A DNA stretch of 64,000 nt, taken from sequence record NZ_CP090008.1; one strand, given 5' to 3'. This DNA comes from a plasmid. Within the stretch, counting starts at the first letter, position 1. Each line of letters opens with the position of its first letter. Below the pieces are notes generated by a model, which was not told the origin of the DNA, made no database searches, and worked only from the letters and a program-made list of their open reading frames with translations. Below, in pieces: positions 50,504 through 60,342 of the stretch. Made by a program: the position numbers and the translations under genes.

Positions 50504-51967
50504 TTGGTAGAGAATAGAGAGTTCAGAGAGATCATCAAATATGATAATAAGTTTACCCAAATGTTCCAACTTGGAGACCTTTCTCCTCTTCAAGAAAACA
50601 TGATTTATTCTATATTTGGTGAGTTGCGAGATGTTTATGACGAAAACGAAGCAGCAATCTTTTCTTATTCGAGTCTGGCAATGCTAGCAGGAAATACATT
50701 TTACAGCTCTAGGGAACAAAAAATTGTTCCTAGGACTGGTAAACGCTTTGAAACTACAGTTGAGGAACTAGAGGAAAGAATGACTAAAATTGTATATCGA
50801 CATCCCGAAAAGGTTGTCGATGGTAAGGTAGTCTCTTACACCTCCATCCCACTGTTCAAGACCTTTAGAGTAGACCACGAAAATAAACTCATTAAAATCC
50901 ACTTGTCTGATGCGGAATATACTGAATATGATGAAGTAACTACAGAAGATGGAACAAAAGTAAAAGTAGCGGTTAGGCGTACAGTTAAAGACCTTTTTAA
51001 CAACCCAGAGTGGGGTAAAAAAGCTAAGTACATTCAGTATGGTCGTGACTACCATAATCTATTGAAGAGTAAGTATTCTAAACGATTATTTAGACATTTA
51101 GCAGACTGGCGTAAAACAGGCTTTGTAAAAGATACAGCTCACGAGCTTGAGCAAGAAGTTTTGATTTTGGATAGTCCTAGTTTACTTCGTTCGAAAGGTA
51201 CTAAGCTGCAACAAGCAATGGATGAAATCAATACGCTATTGGTCGATGAGCATGGACTTCCTGTTATTCAAGATTTGACAGTCGAGCGAATCAAAAAAGG
51301 AAAATCAATTACCCACTATATATTTAGGTTTAAACCGTTCGATGACGATTTGAGACGTATTGTTGCAACAAACGATAAAGTCATTACCTTTGAGAAGAAG
51401 AAGGAGTTAGACTTCAAACGTAAGATGGCTATTGTCATGGAGAAATTCTACACTGTTTTTCCTAAAGGGAGCAAAGCTGACAACTACAATAATAAAAATC
51501 AACTCAAACGTTGGCTTGAAACAATGGACCATGAACTAGTTATTGAGGCGTTGGAAAGAACAGGAAGTGATGCAAACCGTACTTTTGGTTGGACAAGAAC
51601 ATTGCTCAATAAATGGGAAGTAGCGGGATACACAAAGCTTTCAGACTTGAGAGATAGTCACCCAACTAATAAGGATAATCGTCCTTCAAATGTTCCAGAC
51701 TGGTCTGAGCCAAACTATGAAAATGGAACGGATGACAAAGACCGTTTAAGACTAGTAGTGGTAGCAGTAAAATCAGCAATTAAAATAGAACTCTCAAAGA
51801 TTCCTGACGAAGATAATAAGTCGGATATTAAACATTTAGCAGAGAAACTGTTACAAGAGAAGCTGTGGGAACTTAAAGATAAAGGATTAGAGTCACTGTC
51901 TGATAGTCATTTTGAAGAGACAAGAGAACAACTTTTGACTGAGATACTTGATTATTTTAAAGTATAA
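50504..51967 (+). CDS. repA: Plasmid-type replication initiator (winged-helix Rep-like N-terminus, DnaD/DnaB_2-like C-terminus)
   Basis: 487 aa. C-terminal …NQLKRWLETMDHELVIEALERTGSDANRTFGWTRTLLNKWEVAGYT resembles the DnaD-like domain. Iterons lie upstream. The start codon is uncertain (TTG at 50504). Confidence 0.5.
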   Translation: MVENREFREIIKYDNKFTQMFQLGDLSPLQENMIYSIFGELRDVYDENEAAIFSYSSLAMLAGNTFYSSREQKIVPRTGKRFETTVEELEERMTKIVYRHPEKVVDGKVVSYTSIPLFKTFRVDHENKLIKIHLSDAEYTEYDEVTTEDGTKVKVAVRRTVKDLFNNPEWGKKAKYIQYGRDYHNLLKSKYSKRLFRHLADWRKTGFVKDTAHELEQEVLILDSPSLLRSKGTKLQQAMDEINTLLVDEHGLPVIQDLTVERIKKGKSITHYIFRFKPFDDDLRRIVATNDKVITFEKKKELDFKRKMAIVMEKFYTVFPKGSKADNYNNKNQLKRWLETMDHELVIEALERTGSDANRTFGWTRTLLNKWEVAGYTKLSDLRDSHPTNKDNRPSNVPDWSEPNYENGTDDKDRLRLVVVAVKSAIKIELSKIPDEDNKSDIKHLAEKLLQEKLWELKDKGLESLSDSHFEETREQLLTEILDYFKV

Positions 51968-51989
51968 CTTCAGTTGTATTTTTGTAAAT

Positions 51990-52790
51990 AGATTATATAT
52001 ATAATAGCGATACACGATGTATCGCTATTTTGTTATGCGATTTTAAGTCCGTTTCGCTCCAAAGGTGCGAAACAAATAAACGACCCGCTATGCGGATGCG
52101 CATCGAAGGTTATACCGTCATAACAAAAACACTCCAAACGAGTTACAATATAGGTGTTCAAGCCAATTGTAAAACGAAAGGAGTTAAGACTATGGCGCAA
52201 AAAGCTCACAGTTTATCACATACAAAATGGATGTGTAAGTACCACATTGTATTTACACCTAAGTATAGACGAAAAATAATCTATAATCAATATAGGAGTA
52301 GTCTGGGAGAGATTTTTCATAGACTATACCACTATAAAGGTGTTGAAATAATTGAAGGCCACTTAATGCCAGATCATGTCCACATGTTAGTAAGTATTCC
52401 CCCACGAATGAGTGTGGCTAGTTTTATGGGATATTTAAAAGGTAAAAGTGCATTAATGATGTTTGAAAAACACGGCAATTTAAAATATAAATTTGGTAAC
52501 AGACATTTTTGGGCAGAAGGTTATTATGTAAGTACAGTAGGACTTAATGAAGCCACAATTAAGAAATATATTCAGGAACAAGAGAAACATGATATCGCAT
52601 TGGACAAATTAAGCGTTAAAGAATATGAAAATCCCTTTAGGGAAACGGTAAGTAATGCGAATGCCTCTTTGAGAGGCTTGTGACGAGTCAAAAGCAATAA
52701 AGCTTGAACAAAGTGAAAGCCAGCGTCTTTAGGCGCTGGCTGGTATTATGGGCTTATAGCCCTTGATCAAACCACCCGTTAGACGCGTGG
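51990..52790 (+). mobile_element. IS200/IS605-family insertion sequence
   Basis: Left subterminal hairpin atagcgatacacgatgtatcgctat (52003-52030), the tnpA gene, and a right hairpin gccagcgtctttaggcgctggc (52716-52746). Confidence 0.7.
52192..52683 (+). CDS. tnpA: IS200-type Y1 (HUH) transposase TnpA
   Basis: HUH motif HVHMLVSIPP and the catalytic-Tyr region WAEGYYVSTVG. RBS AAAGGAG. The ORF-track start at 52030 is an upstream read-through. Confidence 0.8.
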   Translation: MAQKAHSLSHTKWMCKYHIVFTPKYRRKIIYNQYRSSLGEIFHRLYHYKGVEIIEGHLMPDHVHMLVSIPPRMSVASFMGYLKGKSALMMFEKHGNLKYKFGNRHFWAEGYYVSTVGLNEATIKKYIQEQEKHDIALDKLSVKEYENPFRETVSNANASLRGL

Positions 52791-52920
52791 TTATGATTTA
52801 GAGATTATTTATACTAGTTAAATCTAAAAAAAACATACAATTTTGTATGATATAATAGGTCTAAAAATATAAGTGGTAAACGTGTAGTTAATTACTATCA
52901 GTGTTGAGAGGAGGGAGAAT

Positions 52921-53904
52921 ATGTCGAAACAGAAAGATAAATATCTAACACTAAGAAGTCAATTACCAGAACTAATAGACGAATATATAGCTTACCTTCA
53001 AGTAGATGTTGAAGAACCTTCTCCCAAAATGGTCGAACGTTTGTCAGTGATTCAGAAATTTTTAAATAGCTATGCAATTACGATTGATAAAGAGGGTGTC
53101 TCACTATCATTGACAGACTTAGAAAAAATACCACGAGAATTTGTTCAAAATTATTTGGCAAATTTACGTCTGAAACCAGCGGGAAAAAGATTTATTCTCT
53201 ATACTTTGGCAGGATTTTGGAATTATCTTACGAATACCTCTTTTACAATTGAGAGAGGGATGCCGTTGTTTTATCGTAACGTGTTTAATGAATGGAAGAT
53301 AGTTTATAAAGAGAGTTATCACAACATAATATATTCTGAATCAAAGAAGAAGACTATTTTGTATACGCAGCAAGAGCTCGAAGAGTTGCTTGATTTCATG
53401 GCAAACAGTTATGTTACAACGCTACCAACTCAGAAGAAGGCTGATAATTGGGAAAAGGAGAAGGAGCGAAATATTGCTATATTTGCAATCATAATTGGTA
53501 CTGGAGCAAGTACTCAAGAAGTTGTTAACTTGACAGTCAGGGATATTGATATGCGTAAAAAAGGAATTTGGGTTGTTAGAAACAACGAGAAACAGTTTAT
53601 ACGTTTTCTACCCTTCACAGTTCCTTACATAGCTCCATTTGTTAAGGAACGCCGGGGACGCTGGGATTTGGATCCTTCTATACCATCATTATTTTTAACC
53701 ATGTTGAAAAAGCCTATGGGAAGAAATACAATAGGTCATTTGGCAAAGAACATTGGACATGCTTATGGAAAGGTAATCACGCCTAGTATTTTAAAAGACA
53801 GCCACGCCTCTATTGTCTATAAAGAGACAGGTGATATTAAGAAAGTTGCTGAAATACAAGGCTATAGTTTAGACAAGAATCACCTCATAAGATTTATCGA
53901 ATAA
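52921..53904 (+). CDS. Tyrosine-recombinase-fold protein with degenerate catalytic residues
   Basis: 327 aa. The C-terminal fold aligns with integrase box I/II, but the motifs read GTGASTQE (Arg to Ala) and KDSHAS (HxxR to HxxS). The Tyr position is …EIQGYSLD. Confidence 0.5.
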   Translation: MSKQKDKYLTLRSQLPELIDEYIAYLQVDVEEPSPKMVERLSVIQKFLNSYAITIDKEGVSLSLTDLEKIPREFVQNYLANLRLKPAGKRFILYTLAGFWNYLTNTSFTIERGMPLFYRNVFNEWKIVYKESYHNIIYSESKKKTILYTQQELEELLDFMANSYVTTLPTQKKADNWEKEKERNIAIFAIIIGTGASTQEVVNLTVRDIDMRKKGIWVVRNNEKQFIRFLPFTVPYIAPFVKERRGRWDLDPSIPSLFLTMLKKPMGRNTIGHLAKNIGHAYGKVITPSILKDSHASIVYKETGDIKKVAEIQGYSLDKNHLIRFIE

Positions 53905-53932
53905 TAATATTGATAAAATCCTATATTAGTAA

Positions 53933-53953
53933 AAGGCCACTTGAGGCCTTTTT
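53933..53953 (+). terminator. Rho-independent terminator after the recombinase-like gene
   Basis: aaggcc-acttga-ggcctt followed by TTTG. Confidence 0.5.
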
Positions 53954-53965
53954 GATGTCACTGGG

Positions 53966-53994
53966 TTACGAATAGAGACTCCTGTGTCTATAAT
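53966..53994 (+). promoter_or_regulatory. Sigma-A promoter for the nuclease operon
   Basis: -35 TTACGA, 17-bp spacer, -10 TATAAT. The RBS AAGGAGG and the ATG at 54022 follow. Confidence 0.5.
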
Positions 53995-54021
53995 GAATTT
54001 ATAGAGATTTAAGGAGGTCTT

Positions 54022-54927
54022 ATGCTAAAAAAAAGCAATGAAAAAAGAGGTTGTCTTGGCAATCTGATTTGGATACCGATATCTATTATTGTTATGTTTT
54101 GTATAGCTGGATATGGTATGTCCCAAGGAATTAATGTACCTGGTATTTTATCTAGTGGCTTTAATGTTATTAGTAAAGGGGAGCATGCCAATTCAAGTGA
54201 TGTCGGAAAATTATTTGGGAGATTTATTCCCAAGTCAGAATCTTCGGAAACAGGAAACAGTTCTTCTAAAACAAGTGGTGTAAAGTCTGATGCTTTCAAC
54301 TACAGTCCATTGCCTTTTGAAAACCATAAGCTAATGGTCAATGGAGATTTGGATAGTCTTGGTAGAGCAACATATGGTCACATCAGACTAAAGTATTCGG
54401 ATAAACCACAAGATGATAGGGAAAGTAAAATTAATGTTGATCCAGTCGGTTGGCATAACTATCGTTTTAAGTACGAAGATGAGTCTGGAAAAGTCAAAAA
54501 AGCTTATCTGATGAATCGTGGCCATCTTATTGGTTATCAGTTTTCTGGATTGAATTCTGAAATTAAAAATCTAGTACCTATGACACGCTATTTGAATGCA
54601 GGAACGATGTCTGATAGTAAAACGGATGCTAATAATCCAAACGGTATGCTATACTACGAAAATGCACTAGCCAAATGGTTGAAGAAAAACCAAAATATGT
54701 ACTTAGATTATTGTGTTGTTGCAAACTATACTGACAATGAGTTAGTACCTAGGACTGTGACGCTTTACTGGACATCCTTTGATGAAAATGGGACTCAATA
54801 TGGAGTTGAACTATCAGAAGCAGGATTAGCAACGAGTGATGGAAATGTGAGTTCGGTCACACTTCAGAATGTTTCAAAGAATGCTAATATTAACTACTTA
54901 GATGGTACAGCCACAAGTAATTACTAA
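54022..54927 (+). CDS. Membrane-anchored DNA/RNA non-specific endonuclease (His-Me finger, DRGH-type)
   Basis: N-terminal signal-anchor LIWIPISIIVMFCIAGYGM. Active-site region MNRGHLIGYQFSG (DRGH-like). 301 aa. Confidence 0.65.
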   Translation: MLKKSNEKRGCLGNLIWIPISIIVMFCIAGYGMSQGINVPGILSSGFNVISKGEHANSSDVGKLFGRFIPKSESSETGNSSSKTSGVKSDAFNYSPLPFENHKLMVNGDLDSLGRATYGHIRLKYSDKPQDDRESKINVDPVGWHNYRFKYEDESGKVKKAYLMNRGHLIGYQFSGLNSEIKNLVPMTRYLNAGTMSDSKTDANNPNGMLYYENALAKWLKKNQNMYLDYCVVANYTDNELVPRTVTLYWTSFDENGTQYGVELSEAGLATSDGNVSSVTLQNVSKNANINYLDGTATSNY

Positions 54928-55127
54928 CATTGACTATAGAATGTTTTATGCTAAAATAAGAATCAGCGTAAGCGTTTGAACAACAAAAAGGGGGGGTATA
55001 GCCTCTTTTTTGTTGATATAATGGATTTTTAAAGATATCTCTTGATTTGTTGCTCTCTAGCCTTGCATTGATATCAAAAATCTATATAATAATAATTAAA
55101 ACAGAGCCAGAAGAAAGGGTGAGAATT

Positions 55128-55271
55128 ATGTTTATGATCTTGGTTCTATTACTAACATTAGCGAGTTTCTTCTATGTTGCCATCGGTATTGCCAAGAAAA
55201 TCTTTTCAATTTTCGCCTTAATTACACCAATTATAGTCTTGGGTGTTGGGCTTCTTATCGCTATGAATTAA
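55128..55271 (+). CDS. Small two-TM membrane peptide, 47 aa
   Basis: MFMILVLLLTLASFFYVAIGIAKKIFSIFALITPIIVLGVGLLIAMN. RBS GAAAGGGTGAG. Confidence 0.45.
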   Translation: MFMILVLLLTLASFFYVAIGIAKKIFSIFALITPIIVLGVGLLIAMN

Positions 55272-55358
55272 CAAAAGTCAAGGGGGGTCACTATCTTACA
55301 GGTAGTGACCTTTTTTGTTATGCTTTTAATGTCAAAAAAGACATTAAAGGAGAAACAT

Positions 55359-56690
55359 ATGAAAGCACTTAAACTTATAAGAGAGGACGGTTATGAGAAC
55401 GTCCATTATGCTAGTTTAGGGGAGCAAAAATTTAAAACATTGGTTGTTGCTGATAGAAAAGATGAACAAGAACAATGGTTTGAGCAACCAGAAATTGAAT
55501 GTGTCCCAGAGGAAGTCTCAGATATCATTCGAAACTACACACTCCCATATATTGATCTTGGAAATACTGAAGATGAGTATTTGTTAGAACAAGCAACTAA
55601 TAAGGTTGTATCAGTTGTGGTAGAGAATGTACTTGAAACACAGCCATTTATTCCGAGAAATAGAAATGGTCGCCCTATCGGTGAAGGTGTCGCTTTCTGC
55701 GATATGTTAGTAGGGCGTGTTCAGAATGGAGAACTTGCTGGAACAACAGTTTATATTAAGCAAACAGAATCTGGCTTCCGCCAACCAAAAGACTTCTTTA
55801 AAATGGTTGGGCGTATTTTCCCTTGCAAATTAACTGAAATTCATATCCAAACTATCGACAATTATAAACTAACGATTAATAACCCATCAAACTATGTTGT
55901 TGAAGGTAGTATTGAGTTAGCTGAGTGGTTAACTAATTACCAGCTTCTTCAGCAAATTGAAAAGAGTAAAGATAACTCTTCTCGTAATCGAGATAGAAAA
56001 AACATCTTGGAACGTACTCATGAAGGTATTGTATCTGCCGTGATTAACAATGGTAGCAATGCAGGTATCATGGTAATGACCAAAAAATTACAAACGGTAT
56101 TTATTCCAAAACATAGGGTAAGTTATGAGTGTGATTCTTCATTTGTTAACCTAGACGAAGTAGTATCAGTCTTTGATAGGGTGGAATTTAAAATTACTGG
56201 GGCCAATACCCAAAAACCAAGTCCAAATCAAAGAGAACGTCACATTATTCATGACTATATTCGTATCGAGGGAGATATGAAAGTTCTCGAAGAAGCACCT
56301 CAAGATGCTTTGATTGAGATGATTGATAATAAGAAAGTCATAGGACGATTGTTTAAAGTGCGATTTATCAGTTTTGATCCACAGAGTCTACATACAGTAG
56401 AGTTGGTTGACTTTCCAGGTATCAAAATAAAAATGAAGGACTCAGGTTCTTTAAATCGAGTTCCTTTTAAGCAAGGAGATGAAATTTCAGTTGTTATTCA
56501 AGATGCTCATTATCGCTGGGTAGACGCAAATAGCAGGGGGCGTCGAGTGGCTAAAAAAACTGAAGAAGTGAGCAGTAATTCACAGAATACGGAAGAGAAA
56601 AAATGTCTGTTTCGTATCAAATCACGTTTCAATAGTTTCTATCCAAATCGTGTGAACAGTAAAATCTTATCAACATTTTTTACTAGTTGA
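55359..56690 (+). CDS. Hypothetical soluble protein, 443 aa
   Basis: ATG at 55359 follows the RBS AAAGGAGAAA. No family recognised. Confidence 0.5.
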   Translation: MKALKLIREDGYENVHYASLGEQKFKTLVVADRKDEQEQWFEQPEIECVPEEVSDIIRNYTLPYIDLGNTEDEYLLEQATNKVVSVVVENVLETQPFIPRNRNGRPIGEGVAFCDMLVGRVQNGELAGTTVYIKQTESGFRQPKDFFKMVGRIFPCKLTEIHIQTIDNYKLTINNPSNYVVEGSIELAEWLTNYQLLQQIEKSKDNSSRNRDRKNILERTHEGIVSAVINNGSNAGIMVMTKKLQTVFIPKHRVSYECDSSFVNLDEVVSVFDRVEFKITGANTQKPSPNQRERHIIHDYIRIEGDMKVLEEAPQDALIEMIDNKKVIGRLFKVRFISFDPQSLHTVELVDFPGIKIKMKDSGSLNRVPFKQGDEISVVIQDAHYRWVDANSRGRRVAKKTEEVSSNSQNTEEKKCLFRIKSRFNSFYPNRVNSKILSTFFTS

Positions 56691-56764
56691 GTCGCATATA
56701 GTTCCCTCTGAAATGGGAACTTTTTGTTTACGTTCGGAACAGAAAAATTTAACAAGGAGGGATC

Positions 56765-57253
56765 ATGAATCATCACAATATCAATGCTATTGTCTATTAT
56801 CTGATAGTCTTTATTCGCTATGTCTTACCTATTACCTTGGTCTTCATCGGTATCGGTAGGTGGAGTTATGCTAAATCTATCAATAATCCAGAGAAACAAA
56901 TTATGGGAGTAAATTTTGCTTTAAAATCAATTTTATTCTTATATATCGTTACATTTATCCCTATTTTCATCATCTATGGACTCGCAATGATATCAAAGGG
57001 AGGCACACATAGTGGTGACTTCTCTATGATTAGTTTCGTAGAGGTCTTTACCCTAATAGAAATTCTAGCAGTTGGAATATTACCTGCATATGGTTTCATA
57101 CAGGGATACATATATCACTATCAATGGTTGATTACAGAAGGTAAGAAAACAACAAGCTTACCTCGACGAAATCTATTCATTAGACTTGGAATAATAAGTC
57201 CGATTGCTATTGTTGTATTTATGGAATTCTTGAAAAGAATGTTTGCTTACTAG
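56765..57253 (+). CDS. Hypothetical integral membrane protein with four TM helices
   Basis: 162 aa, hydrophobic. RBS AAGGAGGG. Confidence 0.5.
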   Translation: MNHHNINAIVYYLIVFIRYVLPITLVFIGIGRWSYAKSINNPEKQIMGVNFALKSILFLYIVTFIPIFIIYGLAMISKGGTHSGDFSMISFVEVFTLIEILAVGILPAYGFIQGYIYHYQWLITEGKKTTSLPRRNLFIRLGIISPIAIVVFMEFLKRMFAY

Positions 57254-57264
57254 AGAGGTGCTTT

Positions 57265-60200
57265 ATGCGGAAGATCTTGAAATTATTTTTTAATCGTTAT
57301 TATACAAATGGTAAGCGAACTATAGATATCTTATTGTATTGTTGGCGAAAATATATTGATTGGGTATATCATATATCTTTTGGATTATTTGCTTTCAATA
57401 TTATTATGTTTATCTTTAGATGGCGTTTACCTAATTGGGTATTTATATCTTTATTTATATTTTTGTTCGTTAATATGGCTTTAGTTTTATACATTGGTGT
57501 ATGGCACAGTAATGTTACAAGTCGTCAAATTTTCGTGTTATTTAAAAAATATGATACCTTAAAACGAGCAGAACGAAAGAAGATTATTGGTAAGTATGCT
57601 ATAAGAGCAGCACTAGCAGCAGTACTTATATCTTCTGGATTATATGTATTAACAATCAATAACTTTATCTTATCCCTCATCAATCGTATGTATGATGTAG
57701 CAGATAATTATCTCAAATATATGCCCTGGTCAATACCAAATGGAAGTCAGACAGGTATTGTATTAAGTTATCATACCCTCAAACCTTTAATAGGAGCTGA
57801 CTGGTTTAACAGTTTATTATTGTTGACTCCGATTGGAGCAATTGGTCTTATTTTTTATAATAGTTATGCGACTGGGATTGCTGAAAAAACCTATGAGAAA
57901 CTTGTTGAGCAATGGTTAGGAGGACGTTACTTCCAAGACAGTGTATTAAGTAATATTGTTCATAATCAAGATGAAAAAGGTCAAGCGAATTTGGTTATGG
58001 GACTTAACTCTAAAACTGGAGAGCAAGTGATTTTACATGCTAATGAGAGGACTTATCACACTATTATCTTTGGTTTGATTGGTACTGGTAAATCGGCAAC
58101 GATTCTGATTCCAGCAATGCTACAGGATATGGAAAATATGAAATACTATCTATTATCCTATCGTAAGTATTTGATGAAAGTAGATGAAGAACTGGAACAA
58201 GAATTCTTTAGCACAGAGTTTGAACGTAAGAAAAAAAGACGTGAATTGTTGGAGCAGTGGTATAACAATGGTTATGCTGCAGAGCTTACAAATGGTATTT
58301 ATATGACTGAACCATCAGGTTCGATGTATGGCACAATTGTTAAGTATGCTCATAAAATGGGCTTTCCTGATGAAATGATTTGGACTCTAGATCCTACTAA
58401 CCCAGGAACTGGTGCAATTAATATTTTGGATGGAGATACTACTCAGGTAAAAGGGGCTGTTCGAGACTTATTTAAACGATTTAGTGATCCAAGTGGGACT
58501 GGTTCTTCTTTCTTCCTTAACCAAGAAGGGCAACTTACTGATAATATCATTACGGTCATTAAAGAGGTAGCGTTGATACCAGATGCTCCAATAAACTACA
58601 TGTTAAAAGGTAAGTCTCCAACACTAACTGAATTCTCAAATATGTTACGTTCTAGTGATTGGATTGAAGCCTATATTGTTGTTTTTGAACAATTACTCAA
58701 TCGAAAGAAAAGGCTTTTTGAAGAAACGCTGAAAAAGCATGAAGAGTTCTTAGAGCAGGAAAAAGAAAAGTGGTTAGAGGAATCAGAGTACAATCGTGAA
58801 CACGAACAACTCTTTGATACTATCCTTAGACCAGAGAATGTTCATGAAGCTATAAACGCATTTAATGATGAAAGAAATAAACTTGAAAACCTCCAAAGCT
58901 CTTATGATTATTTCATCAATGCTCATCAATTAAATTCGTACACAGAGGAATATTATTATACCTTTGACGCTAACGTTTCTGGTCTAAAAGCAGTTATTGA
59001 TGACCTATCATCTTCACCAGAAATTCGCCGTGTATTTTTCTCTCAAAGTACCAAAGATTTAGATATTGTTTTAAAAACGGGTGGAATGATTTTGGTCAAT
59101 TCTGCTAAAGGTGTTCTTGGTAAAGAAAAGTCTCGAATGGTAGCACAGATGGTAACATTAGTAATGCAAAATGCTGCTCAAAGACGTCTTCCAGATAAGT
59201 CTCCTTTCTTTGCCTTTTATGAAGATGAAAAGAATGGTTATTTGATGCCAGGTAATGATAGTAACTTCCTAGATGAGTCTCGTAAGTTCCATGTTCCAGT
59301 TATGCATGCTTATCAACATGACGAACAAATTAGAGATTCTATTGGCGAATCTGGGGCTGATGCAATCAAGATGTCTTATCGTAATGCCTTTACCTTCCAA
59401 CAAACCTCAACAAAGGTTGTAGAGTTCATTAATCTACGTTCAGGAGGAAAACATTATGCTCTTAAAGAAACCAAACGTGCAGCAAACGATGATCTCTTAG
59501 CAGGAAATCAGGGGAACTCAAGTGCGACTTCAGAGGAAGTAGTAGAAGAAGATAACTTCACTGCTAGAGATGCAAATAACCTAGAGAAATTCCAAGTTGG
59601 TGGTGTTATCGTCAGTGATGATGAAGTATCAAATATGATTTATTTGACAACATCTCCGCATTTTGAAATGGATATTTCAAAGGACTCTTTTGTCTCACAT
59701 ACACCTTTCAATAAGGTTTATGGGCTTGGAGAGGAAGAACCGGAAATTGCAAAAGCATACAAGTTGTGGAGAGCAGAAGTGGTAGAATATTATGCTCAAA
59801 AAGAGTCTGAAAGCCACCTCTATGAAAGTGATTTTACTGAAGAAGAATGGCAAGCAATCATGGATGTTAGGGTGCCAAATGTTGATAGTAATGTAAATGA
59901 TACAGTTGGTAAAAAAGATGATTCCCCATCAGTTAAAAGAACAATATTAGTCAACGAGAGTATAACAGAACATAGAGAAAGTACTTCAATTAGTGAAGTG
60001 GTAACAGAGGATATTGAGCAAAAAGAGGAGGTCAATAACTCAGAAATTCCTCCATTTGTTGAAGAAAAACAAACTGTAAATAGCAAAAATGATATTGGTG
60101 AGTTAAAGGATAAAGAAATAACTCAAAGAGTGATCCTAGCTCCATCATCTACACCCGAAACAGTTGATACTCAAAATATTCAAGCACCTAATCAAGAGTT

Positions 60201-60303
60201 TGAATTACCTCAAGAACTCTCTCGTGTAGCTCGTGAGAAAGCAACTAGAACTTTAGAAAGTAATGTAGAACAAATGGATATTGATGAAGAAGAAGGGTTT
60301 TAG
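57265..60303 (+). CDS. Type IV coupling-protein-like ATPase (VirD4/TraG family or FtsK-like) with N-terminal TM helices and a long acidic tail
   Basis: TM helices at aa 30-80 and 110-200. Walker A IIFGLIGTGKSATIL. Walker B-like FFAFYEDE / FLDESRKF. A …VMHAYQHDEQIRDSIGESGADAI region resembles the T4CP QSxxQL motif. 1012 aa. Confidence 0.5.
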   Translation: MRKILKLFFNRYYTNGKRTIDILLYCWRKYIDWVYHISFGLFAFNIIMFIFRWRLPNWVFISLFIFLFVNMALVLYIGVWHSNVTSRQIFVLFKKYDTLKRAERKKIIGKYAIRAALAAVLISSGLYVLTINNFILSLINRMYDVADNYLKYMPWSIPNGSQTGIVLSYHTLKPLIGADWFNSLLLLTPIGAIGLIFYNSYATGIAEKTYEKLVEQWLGGRYFQDSVLSNIVHNQDEKGQANLVMGLNSKTGEQVILHANERTYHTIIFGLIGTGKSATILIPAMLQDMENMKYYLLSYRKYLMKVDEELEQEFFSTEFERKKKRRELLEQWYNNGYAAELTNGIYMTEPSGSMYGTIVKYAHKMGFPDEMIWTLDPTNPGTGAINILDGDTTQVKGAVRDLFKRFSDPSGTGSSFFLNQEGQLTDNIITVIKEVALIPDAPINYMLKGKSPTLTEFSNMLRSSDWIEAYIVVFEQLLNRKKRLFEETLKKHEEFLEQEKEKWLEESEYNREHEQLFDTILRPENVHEAINAFNDERNKLENLQSSYDYFINAHQLNSYTEEYYYTFDANVSGLKAVIDDLSSSPEIRRVFFSQSTKDLDIVLKTGGMILVNSAKGVLGKEKSRMVAQMVTLVMQNAAQRRLPDKSPFFAFYEDEKNGYLMPGNDSNFLDESRKFHVPVMHAYQHDEQIRDSIGESGADAIKMSYRNAFTFQQTSTKVVEFINLRSGGKHYALKETKRAANDDLLAGNQGNSSATSEEVVEEDNFTARDANNLEKFQVGGVIVSDDEVSNMIYLTTSPHFEMDISKDSFVSHTPFNKVYGLGEEEPEIAKAYKLWRAEVVEYYAQKESESHLYESDFTEEEWQAIMDVRVPNVDSNVNDTVGKKDDSPSVKRTILVNESITEHRESTSISEVVTEDIEQKEEVNNSEIPPFVEEKQTVNSKNDIGELKDKEITQRVILAPSSTPETVDTQNIQAPNQEFELPQELSRVAREKATRTLESNVEQMDIDEEEGF

Positions 60304-60342
60304 ACAACATAATAAGCAACGGAAATTTCCGTTGCTTTTGTT

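Noticed and set aside
52030-52191. The N-terminal extension of the IS200 tnpA ORF back to 52030
   Set aside because: The extension starts inside the IS left-end hairpin, lacks an RBS and is not TnpA-like. The ATG at 52192 with RBS AAAGGAG gives a canonical Y1 transposase of about 163 aa.
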